The translations under genes were made by a program, and so were the position numbers. The notes beneath the pieces are model-generated. The model saw nothing but the letters and a program-made list of their open reading frames with translations, searched no databases and had not been told where the DNA came from. Below, one piece after another: positions 40,005 through 47,487 of a stretch of 64,000 bases of DNA. Numbering within the stretch: the first letter of the stretch is position 1; the number at the start of each line of letters is the position of its first letter. Source of the DNA: Sphingobacteriales bacterium (GTDB lineage: Bacteria; Bacteroidota; Bacteroidia; Chitinophagales; JADIYW01); assembly GCA_947460245.1 (NCBI GenBank), contig CANHGL010000002.1, positions 3,588 to 67,587 on the forward strand. Reading direction: 5' to 3'.

Positions 40005-41144
40005 TTATTTATAAAAATCGATAGAAGGTGTTTCTGGTATTTCGGGTTGGGAATTAATCGTTATTGATTTAAATTTTTTAAGTTGATTGTATATTGGCTG
40101 ACTCAGATCTGCGTATGCTGTTTTAGGTATTTTTAGCTTATTATCCTCTGAAATAGAGCTGGACTGAAAGATAGATTTGGCTTCAAAAGCAATTTTCTCA
40201 TTTTGAGTAGAATATTCTATTTCCATGCTGGACTTTATAGCATGTAAATACCACTTTCCTTTATAAGGCCTGAAGGATATATAAGTATTAGAAGAGATTC
40301 TTTTTTTGCTGATGAATCCACAAGTGTCATTTTTTAATAGCGTAGGCGTTTCGTTGTATTTGTTTTCGCGGAATAAACCTATAACAGCTTTTGATTGCTG
40401 GTCAATAAATAAAATAGTTTTTTGTTTGCCTTCGAGGTATAATTTATAAATCTTATAATTTCCAATGATGCTTTCAGATATATTGTATTCTTTTACCTGA
40501 TCTATGTTTTCGAGTAGAGTGCATAAAGAAGGATATAAATTACTATAGTTAAAAAGAGTATAATAAGATACATATTGTCGGTTGCTATATTTTCCATGGT
40601 TTGAATATTTTATAATATTTTTTGGAATGAATTTATTTTGTTTTCCTGAGATTGATTTTAGTGTAAAGTAATTACAGAGTTCGCCTTCACTCAGTGTTGC
40701 GCTAATAATTTGATTTTGATGTAAAATATACTCATTATAGATGCAGTTTATTTTTAATGGAGTAATACTATAATTGTTAGAGTAATTTTCTATTATTTGT
40801 TTTAAAAGTTCTTTAGGTGTTATGGATAGTATTTTTATTTCATTCAATTCATAAGCATAGGGTATTAGTTCTATATTTTTCATATCTAAGAGTTGAGTAG
40901 TAGTTATTTTTCTTGACTCGTATCCAATACTGCTAAAGACTATTGTGTCATTTGGATCGCAATCATCTATTTTAAACCTGCCATCTTTATCTGTTGTAGT
41001 TCCTGTGTTTTTTTTAACAGCGTAAATATTTACTTCAGAGAGTTTACTGTTATTTTTAGTTTGTATTACAATACCAGATATGGTAAGTGTATAGCTGTAT
41101 ATAGTTATTAGCAAAGCAATAGCTGCTAGCATAGATTTTTTCAT
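40005..41144 (-). CDS. Secreted CarboxypepD_reg-like domain protein of unknown function
   Basis: Signal or anchor MKKSMLAAIALLITIYS, then a CarboxypepD_reg-like fold signature (GIVIQTKNNSKLSEVNIYAVKKNTGTTTDKDGRFKI...IVFSSIGYESRKI). About 270 aa of beta-rich sequence with no recognised motif follow. The ORF-track N-terminal extension to 41264 overlaps precursor B and is not signal-like. Confidence 0.7.
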   Translation of the reverse strand: MKKSMLAAIALLITIYSYTLTISGIVIQTKNNSKLSEVNIYAVKKNTGTTTDKDGRFKIDDCDPNDTIVFSSIGYESRKITTTQLLDMKNIELIPYAYELNEIKILSITPKELLKQIIENYSNNYSITPLKINCIYNEYILHQNQIISATLSEGELCNYFTLKSISGKQNKFIPKNIIKYSNHGKYSNRQYVSYYTLFNYSNLYPSLCTLLENIDQVKEYNISESIIGNYKIYKLYLEGKQKTILFIDQQSKAVIGLFRENKYNETPTLLKNDTCGFISKKRISSNTYISFRPYKGKWYLHAIKSSMEIEYSTQNEKIAFEAKSIFQSSSISEDNKLKIPKTAYADLSQPIYNQLKKFKSITINSQPEIPETPSIDFYK

Positions 41145-41197
41145 AGTAAATACATTAAATAGGGCACACCGAGATTGACGGTGTGCCCATTGAGAAA

Positions 41198-41353
41198 TTA
41201 AGGATAGATGGGAACATTGTAGTTGCCATCTGTCAGAATAATCTGAGGCTGACTGGGCGCCCAATCCAGTTTCATTTCCAGGCGTTGCTCGAGTTCCTCT
41301 ACATGGAACTCATCCAGAAGATAGTCTTCCGGTCTTTCGGTTTTTTCTTTCAT
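41198..41353 (-). CDS. Candidate RiPP-type precursor peptide B (51 aa): MKEKTERPEDYLLDEFHVEELEQRLEMKLDWAPSQPQIILTDGNYNVPIYP
   Basis: ATG-initiated ORF 53 nt upstream of the CarboxypepD_reg-like gene, on the same strand. It shares the leader block with peptide A and has a divergent Cys-free C-terminal region. Confidence 0.7.
   Translation of the reverse strand: MKEKTERPEDYLLDEFHVEELEQRLEMKLDWAPSQPQIILTDGNYNVPIYP
41261..41299 (-). repeat. Conserved 39-nt leader block, copy B (encodes EELEQRLEMKLDW)
   Basis: See 36796-36834. Only synonymous differences separate the copies. Confidence 0.9.
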
Positions 41354-41442
41354 TGCATAATAGTTTTAATAAGCTTACTCTGTTTGTACTTATTTTGTAT
41401 ATTTGCAATACAACAAAACAATGGTTACCAAATCCGTTTTGT

Positions 41443-41471
41443 AAGCCGTCATTTTTAATGATGGCTTTTTT
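41443..41471 (+). terminator. Plus-strand intrinsic-terminator-like hairpin in the upstream region of the peptide operon
   Basis: AAGCCGTCAT-TTTTA-ATGATGGCTT forms a 10-bp stem with one G-U pair, followed by a T-run. On the minus strand the wobble becomes an A-C mismatch and no U-run follows. Confidence 0.45.
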
Positions 41472-41810
41472 GCTGTAATGCATTCTATACCTAATATTAT
41501 AGGTTTTTCAGCATTCACCTAATTCAAGTTAAAAAATTCGGTCCGGACCTACTTTTGCAGAAACTTGAACTAAACTGCAATTCAAACTTAGGGAGGTATT
41601 TAGACAATTCAATTTCAGTTAAACGGATTTTATAACTTAATAAAGCATAATAATTATTTTTGTATAATTATAAATTAAACAAAATCAATATTTTATATTT
41701 TAAATAAAGTGTTATAAAGTAACAATTATTTTATTCATTTATATATTCTTTAACGTAATGTTTATTCTATTTTAAGTGTTTAATAATTAATATTTTAATT
41801 ATTATATACT

Positions 41811-41835
41811 TAAAATATTGTGATTCAATATTTTA
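41811..41835. promoter_or_regulatory. Perfect 10-bp inverted repeat, candidate operator (TAAAATATTG-TGATT-CAATATTTTA)
   Basis: Seen directly in the AT-rich divergent intergenic region. A third CAATATTTTA half-site lies at 41686-41695 and an AATATTTTA at 41789-41797. Confidence 0.35.
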
Positions 41836-41913
41836 ATATAATATTTTGGACATATTCTAATATTATTATTTGTACAAATTGTGTTTTTCGGATGTACTTA
41901 GTGCATAATAAAC

Positions 41914-41921
41914 TAATTTTG
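41914..41921 (+). promoter_or_regulatory. Candidate -7 box (TAATTTTG) upstream of the CDP-alcohol phosphatidyltransferase gene
   Basis: Matches TAnnTTTG 9 nt before the ATG at 41930, which would imply a very short or absent leader. Confidence 0.3.
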
Positions 41922-41929
41922 CGTTGCCT

Positions 41930-42622
41930 ATGGAAAATATCACTACAGAAGAAAAGAAGGTTTTTACAGATAGGAAACGAACTAACATACTAAGAAATTT
42001 AGAACAACCCGTTCTTGTTTTTTTATGTAGAATTTTACCTCGTTTCATAACTCCGGATATGCTTACAGCAACTGGTATATTGGGTTCTTTCATGGTTTTA
42101 TTAGGATTCCTAATAGCTCGTACACCTGAATTAAAAGGATTTCTTTTTTTATCAATTTTTGGATTTGCAGTGAACTGGTTCGGAGATTCTATGGATGGAC
42201 GCATTGCATACTTTAGAGAAACTCCAAGAAAATGGTATGGTTTTGCCTTGGATTGTATGATGGATTGGATGTCATTGGTGACTATAGGTATTGGCTACTA
42301 TTTTTATGTTCAGGGAGACTTTAGAATTTATGTATTTACCTTTTGTTGTGCGTATGCTTGGGCTATGCTCGTGGCTCAGATTAGGTATAAGATTACCAAT
42401 GTATATTCTATAGATTCCGGACTATTGGGCCCAACAGAGGTAAGAGTAATTATTTGTTTAGTTATCCTATCTGAATATCTATGGAGTGGTTCTATGGAGC
42501 TGTTTTCTATAGTGGTGAACATAATACTCATATTAACAAATACTATTGATACGGTTAAGTTGATAAAACTTGGTGATGAACGCGATATAAGCGAACGAAA
42601 ACAGAAGGAGGCAAGTCTGTAA
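41930..42622 (+). CDS. CDP-alcohol phosphatidyltransferase family membrane protein
   Basis: About 230 aa, polytopic. Motif region DSMDGRIAYFRETPRKWYGFALDCMMD resembles D-G-x2-A-R-x8-G-x3-D-x3-D with one extra residue. The ORF track begins at TTG 41924. Confidence 0.75.
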   Translation: MENITTEEKKVFTDRKRTNILRNLEQPVLVFLCRILPRFITPDMLTATGILGSFMVLLGFLIARTPELKGFLFLSIFGFAVNWFGDSMDGRIAYFRETPRKWYGFALDCMMDWMSLVTIGIGYYFYVQGDFRIYVFTFCCAYAWAMLVAQIRYKITNVYSIDSGLLGPTEVRVIICLVILSEYLWSGSMELFSIVVNIILILTNTIDTVKLIKLGDERDISERKQKEASL

Positions 42623-43035
42623 TGAAATTTAATCTAGAATTTAATACATTGGTTAAGGCACAGATTTCTGCATTTATTGGGGGAGTCTTTGATTATGCAG
42701 TTATGATTGCTTGTACTGAGTTACTTGCCATCTATTATGCCCGATCAATTGTAATAAGTGGTCTTCTAGGAGCCTTGGTTAACTTTACTATTAATCGCTA
42801 TTGGACATATAATTCCAATGAGCGGGGGCTCTCAGCTCAACTTACTAAGTTTTACCTGGTTGTCTTAGGGAGTATTTTACTTAAGTCTTACGGCACATAC
42901 TATGTTACAGAGGCCTTTTCTATGGATTATAGAATAACACGTTTGCTAGTTGATCTTTTTGTTTCGATTGGATTCAACTTTGTACTTCAGAAGTATTGGG
43001 TATTTCGAAAGGAGGATGTTTTACAAGCTGATTAG
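42622..43035 (+). CDS. GtrA-like family membrane protein
   Basis: 137 aa with four TM segments and GtrA-type termini (FIGGVFDYAVM..., FNFVLQKYWVFRK). Its start overlaps the upstream stop (TAATG). Confidence 0.8.
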   Translation: MKFNLEFNTLVKAQISAFIGGVFDYAVMIACTELLAIYYARSIVISGLLGALVNFTINRYWTYNSNERGLSAQLTKFYLVVLGSILLKSYGTYYVTEAFSMDYRITRLLVDLFVSIGFNFVLQKYWVFRKEDVLQAD

Positions 43036-43097
43036 CTGCTATATTTTCAGTTGTTATTTTCTTGCTTCTTTTTTGTGCTATTTAATATCTTTACTCC

Positions 43098-44126
43098 ATG
43101 CAAAATTTCATTTTTTATCAAAAGGAAAACTTTCTAGCCTTCACTAAAACAAGACAAGGTGAAAATAAATTAGGGCAGACCATACAGGCTGTTTCTAATG
43201 TTAAAAAATGGAAACAAGAGTTAAAGAGTTCTTCATCTAAGTTTGTTTTAGTAGGTATTCCAGAAGATATAGGTGTTAAGGCTAATTATGGGGTAGGAGG
43301 TGCGCATACCGCCTGGCCTTCTTTTCTTAATGCTTTTTTCAATATTCAGCAAAATCGTTTTTTGGATGGGAAAAGTATAATGCTCTTAGGTTATTTTGAT
43401 TTTTCTTCTCTGCACCTCAAGGCACAGAATAAATCAATAGAATATGTCAGAGATTTAGTGAGCGAAATAGATAAAGAGGTTACAGCTATTGTCCAGGAAA
43501 TTGTTGCGTGTGGTAAAGTTCCAATTATTATTGGGGGAGGCCATAATAACGCATATGGTAATATAAAAGGTGCAGCCCTTGGTTTGCACAGTCTGGGCAA
43601 AGTAAAAGCTAAATCTATAAATGTATTGAACCTTGATGCGCATGCAGATTTGCGTGCGCTGGAAGGTAGGCATTCAGGCAATGCTTTTTCTTACGCTATG
43701 GAGGATGGTTTTCTCAAGAAGTATGGAATGTTAGGTCTGCATGAAAGTTATATTACCGCTGAGATGGATAAGAAGATTTCTCAAAATAAACAGTTAAAAG
43801 CTATATTTTTTGAAGATATTTTTATTCGAAAAATTACTGGATATGAAGAGGCTATAGAGCAGTTATTGACTTTTACTAAGGATACCTATACGGGTATAGA
43901 GGTAGATTTAGATGTAATTGAACAAGTCTTGAGCAGCGCGCTTAGTCCTACAGGCTTGCAAACAATAGATGCAAGAAGATTTATCCATTTGGCGGCAAAA
44001 AGAGGTAAGGTTGCTTATCTACACATATGTGAAGGCGCTGCACAGTTGGACAACGGAATATCCTCCAGCACGACAGGTAAGCTGATAGCTTATTTAGTAA
44101 GTGATTTTATTAAGGCGATAAAGTAA
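43098..44126 (+). CDS. hutG: Formimidoylglutamase (arginase/ureohydrolase fold)
   Basis: 342 aa with Mn-ligand motifs IIGGGHNNAYG, LNLDAHADLR and GIEVDLDV. The assignment to the hut pathway comes from proximity to hutHUI. The family call is firmer than the substrate call. Confidence 0.65.
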   Translation: MQNFIFYQKENFLAFTKTRQGENKLGQTIQAVSNVKKWKQELKSSSSKFVLVGIPEDIGVKANYGVGGAHTAWPSFLNAFFNIQQNRFLDGKSIMLLGYFDFSSLHLKAQNKSIEYVRDLVSEIDKEVTAIVQEIVACGKVPIIIGGGHNNAYGNIKGAALGLHSLGKVKAKSINVLNLDAHADLRALEGRHSGNAFSYAMEDGFLKKYGMLGLHESYITAEMDKKISQNKQLKAIFFEDIFIRKITGYEEAIEQLLTFTKDTYTGIEVDLDVIEQVLSSALSPTGLQTIDARRFIHLAAKRGKVAYLHICEGAAQLDNGISSSTTGKLIAYLVSDFIKAIK

Positions 44127-44129
44127 AGA

Positions 44130-44480
44130 CTACTTTCCTAATACTTGATTTACGATAGCCTCGAATGCTTTTGGGTCATTCATAGCTATATCAGCCAATA
44201 CTTTTCTATTGATATCAATTTTAGCATCAGCCAATTTCTTGATAAATACAGAATAAGATAATCCAAATGGACGAACAGCAGCATTAATACGAACGATCCA
44301 CATGCTTCTGTAATCTCTCTTCTTTAGTTTTCTTCCTACGAAAGCATAAGCCAAACCTTTTTCTACAGCATTCTTAGTTACGGTCCAGACATTTTTTCTT
44401 CTTCCGTAATATCCTTTGGCAAGTTTATATACTTTCTTCTTTCTATCTTTTGCTGCTACTGAATTGACCGAACGTGGCAT
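44130..44480 (-). CDS. rplT: 50S ribosomal protein L20
   Basis: 116 aa with [30 protein letters not shown]. Confidence 0.97.
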   Translation of the reverse strand: MPRSVNSVAAKDRKKKVYKLAKGYYGRRKNVWTVTKNAVEKGLAYAFVGRKLKKRDYRSMWIVRINAAVRPFGLSYSVFIKKLADAKIDINRKVLADIAMNDPKAFEAIVNQVLGK

Positions 44481-44533
44481 GGCTTATAATTTTTAAGTTG
44501 ATGTTTATAGTTATTTTTCTTTTCTGGTGCTGA

Positions 44534-44731
44534 CTAGCTTAAGCACAATAAGCTCTTAATATTACCTTCATCACATTTCTTAACGATAGTGGTACCTGTA
44601 AGGTTTCTCTTTTGCTTAGTCGTCTTCTTAGTTAAGATGTGACGTTTGTACGCCATCGCTCTCTTTATCTTGCCGCTTCCGGTTACTTTGAAGCGCTTCT
44701 TCGCACTTGAATTGGTTTTCATCTTTGGCAT
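44534..44731 (-). CDS. rpmI: 50S ribosomal protein L35
   Basis: 65 aa with [24 protein letters not shown]. Confidence 0.95.
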   Translation of the reverse strand: MPKMKTNSSAKKRFKVTGSGKIKRAMAYKRHILTKKTTKQKRNLTGTTIVKKCDEGNIKSLLCLS

Positions 44732-44872
44732 AAAATCTATTTAAGTATCTTAAAATCTGTATTTAGCCTTGCTTTAGGCTAAAATAGGGTGCGAAGATAG
44801 CATATTTTTTATAAAAGTCTACTATTCGAGGTATAAATTCAAGCTGAAAAACACCATAAAATGCAAAAAGAA

Positions 44873-45418
44873 CTATTTCTTCTTAGGTGCGATATAGGCA
44901 ATCATCTTTTTACCTTCTAAGTTGGGCATTGCCTCCAATTGTCCGAATTCCTCTAAAGCCTGTGCAAACTGTAATAATACTAACTCACCACGTTCTTTAA
45001 ACTGAATAGCTCTTCCTTTAAATTGAACGTAAATCTTAACTTTTGAGCCATCTTGCAAGAATTTCTGTGCATGTTTCTTCTTAAAGTCTAAGTCGTGGTC
45101 ATCAGTATTTGGTGTAAAGCGTATTTCCTTTACTTCCGTTTTCTTTTGTTTGGCCTTTATTTCTTTTTCCTTCTTTTTCTTGTCATAAAGGAATTTATTA
45201 TAGTCTACCAGTCTGCAAACAGGAGGATCTGCCTTGGGGGAGATTTCTACCAGGTCTACTTCCTGCTCTATTGCCATACGCAGCGCTTCATCAGTGGGAT
45301 AAATACCTACTTCTATGTTTTCACCAACTAACCGCACCTGTGGTACGCGTATATCTCTGTTGAGGCGGTGCTCCGTTTCTTTCTTTTTAGGTATAAAAGG
45401 TCTTCTCTTAGGTATCAA
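44873..45418 (-). CDS. infC: Translation initiation factor IF-3
   Basis: 181 aa with RLNRDIRVPQVRLVGENIE and a C-domain KEIRF...KVKIYVQFKGR. There is no usable ATG; the ORF opens with TTG-ATA. Confidence 0.95.
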   Translation of the reverse strand: MIPKRRPFIPKKKETEHRLNRDIRVPQVRLVGENIEVGIYPTDEALRMAIEQEVDLVEISPKADPPVCRLVDYNKFLYDKKKKEKEIKAKQKKTEVKEIRFTPNTDDHDLDFKKKHAQKFLQDGSKVKIYVQFKGRAIQFKERGELVLLQFAQALEEFGQLEAMPNLEGKKMIAYIAPKKK

Positions 45419-45467
45419 ATTGATAAGTTAAATGTTATTTCTAAATGATTAAGCTTAAAGTTAGCGT

Positions 45468-47393
45468 TTATCTTTTGTTTTCTTCCTGCAATAATACGGC
45501 AAAGTCTTCAATACTAAAAGAGCCGATATCGCCTTTTCCATGTTTTCTTACAGAAATCTGTCCGTTTAGCTCTTCTTTTTCGCCAATTACAGTCATATAT
45601 GGGATTTTCATTACTTCTGCATCTCTTATCTTTTTTCCAATCTTCTCTGCTCGTTCATCCATCTTCACCCGGAATCCTTTCTCTTTAAGCTTAGATGCTA
45701 CACCTTCTGCGTAGGTCATGAACTTATCGCTTATAGGTAATATGGCAATTTGTTTTGGAGCGAGCCAAAGCGGGAAATTTCCTGCATAGTGTTCTAATAA
45801 GAACCCAATAAATCTTTCATGTGTACTTAAAGGGGCGCGGTGAATGATAATTGGAAATTCTTCCTGATTGTCCTTATTGATATATTTTAAGTTGAAACGT
45901 TTGCCTTGAGCAAAATCAACTTGATTAGTAGCAAGCGTAAACTCTCTGCCAATTGCAGAATAGATTTGAATGTCGATTTTTGGGCCATAAAACGCAGCTT
46001 CATCCTGTACTTCTTCAAACGGAATACCGGAATTGATTAGAACATTTCTGACCATCTCTTCCGTTTCTATCCATAATTCCGGTTCATTAATATATTTCTG
46101 ACCTAATTTAGATGGATCGTGCTTACTCAAGCGCATTTTGTATTTCTCAATCCCGAATATTTTGAAGTATTTCAGGTACATGGCATTTACTGCTCTGAAT
46201 TCTGATTCAAACTGTTCTTTTGTACAGTAAATATGCGCATCATTCATTTGTAGGGAGCGAACGCGCATCAACCCAAACAAGCTACCTGAATCTTCATAGC
46301 GATAACAAGTGCCATATTCTGCGAGTCGGATAGGTAAATCTTTATAAGATTTTGGCATTGCGCCAAATATCTTATGGTGATGCGGACAGTTCATTGCCTT
46401 CAGGTAATACTTTACATTATCCAGTTCCATTGGTGGAAACATGCTTTCCTTGTAGTAGGGCAGATGTCCGCTTCTGATGTATAAGGCCTCTTTTGCAATA
46501 TGAGGGGTTCGAACTCTGGAATAACCTACTTCATCTTCTGTCTGTTTGGCTAGTTCCTCAATTTTCTCAATTAGAAAGCCTCCATTGGGTAGCCACAAGG
46601 GCAGACCAGGTCCAACTTCCTCGTCAAAGGTGTATATCTCTAATTGCTGTCCTAGCTTTCTATGGTCTCGTTTCTCTGCTTCCTCCAGCATCTTTAAATA
46701 GTCATCCAATTCCTGTTGATTAGGGAAGGTAACTCCATAAATACGGGTAAGTTGTTTCCGTTTTTCATCTCCTCTCCAATAAGCACCGGCTAGTTTCATC
46801 AGCTTAATAGCTTTGATATGTCCGGTATTTGGAATATGTGGCCCCCTGCACAAATCGGTAAAACCGCCCTGTTCATAAAAGGTAATATGTCCATCTTCCA
46901 ATCCTTCTAATAATTCGAGCTTATATTCATCGCCCTTTTCAGTAAAATAGGCTATGGCATCCCCTTTGGAAATCGCTTTACGCTTGAATTCACTTTTCTG
47001 ATTAGCAAGTTCAAGCATTTTTTTCTCAATCTTCTCTAAATCATTTATTGTGAGTGTATTATGTCCAGTGTCTATATCATAGTAGAATCCATTTTCTATA
47101 GGGGGACCTATACCAAATTTGATACCCTTATATAATGATTCAATAGCCTCAGCCATCAAGTGGGCGGAAGAATGCCAGAATGTAGATTTCCCTCCATTAT
47201 CATTCCAGGTCAGAAGTTTTAAAGTAGCGTCACCAGTAATTGGTCTGGTTGCATCCTGAATTTCGCCGTTTATTTCAGCCGCCAGTACTTTTTTAGGCAG
47301 GCTATTGCTTAATTGACCCGCAATTTCCAATGCAGTAATTCCTGATTGAAATTCTTTTATCGCTCCGTCCGGAAATGTAATTTTTACACTCAT
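45468..47393 (-). CDS. thrS: Threonine--tRNA ligase
   Basis: 641 aa with the TGS domain, the editing-domain motif HSSAHLMA, class II motifs (FRAE-like YRYEDSG, GRFYGPKID-like AAFYGPKIDI) and an anticodon-binding C-terminus. Confidence 0.97.
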   Translation of the reverse strand: MSVKITFPDGAIKEFQSGITALEIAGQLSNSLPKKVLAAEINGEIQDATRPITGDATLKLLTWNDNGGKSTFWHSSAHLMAEAIESLYKGIKFGIGPPIENGFYYDIDTGHNTLTINDLEKIEKKMLELANQKSEFKRKAISKGDAIAYFTEKGDEYKLELLEGLEDGHITFYEQGGFTDLCRGPHIPNTGHIKAIKLMKLAGAYWRGDEKRKQLTRIYGVTFPNQQELDDYLKMLEEAEKRDHRKLGQQLEIYTFDEEVGPGLPLWLPNGGFLIEKIEELAKQTEDEVGYSRVRTPHIAKEALYIRSGHLPYYKESMFPPMELDNVKYYLKAMNCPHHHKIFGAMPKSYKDLPIRLAEYGTCYRYEDSGSLFGLMRVRSLQMNDAHIYCTKEQFESEFRAVNAMYLKYFKIFGIEKYKMRLSKHDPSKLGQKYINEPELWIETEEMVRNVLINSGIPFEEVQDEAAFYGPKIDIQIYSAIGREFTLATNQVDFAQGKRFNLKYINKDNQEEFPIIIHRAPLSTHERFIGFLLEHYAGNFPLWLAPKQIAILPISDKFMTYAEGVASKLKEKGFRVKMDERAEKIGKKIRDAEVMKIPYMTVIGEKEELNGQISVRKHGKGDIGSFSIEDFAVLLQEENKR

Positions 47394-47487
47394 AGTATTT
47401 ATATACTACAAATTTAGAAAAATGAAATTACAATTAGGACTTGCTTGCCAACAATTGACAATTTAATGAAGAAAGGTAGCGTTTAGC

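Noticed and set aside
41145-41264. 40-codon N-terminal extension of the 419-aa ORF (MGAQSASDYSDRWQLQ...)
   Set aside because: It overlaps precursor B in another frame and has no signal-peptide character. The internal Met at 41144 starts a typical signal or anchor (MKKSMLAAIALLITIYS).
41183-41458. 91-aa plus-strand ORF from the six-frame track (MPIEKLRIDGNIVV...)
   Set aside because: It has a GTG start and a low-complexity hydrophobic sequence. It is antisense to the conserved peptide B ORF and its leader block. It is most likely a shadow ORF. Only the terminator-like hairpin at its 3' end was kept, as a separate observation.
41866-42204. 112-aa minus-strand ORF overlapping the CDP-alcohol phosphatidyltransferase gene
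   Set aside because: It is antisense to a gene with a recognisable family motif. It has basic, low-complexity composition and no upstream operon context.
46506-46514. GGTTCGAAC, a tRNA T-loop-like word
   Set aside because: It lies inside the thrS coding sequence and has no acceptor or anticodon arm context. No tRNA-like cloverleaf was found in any intergenic region.
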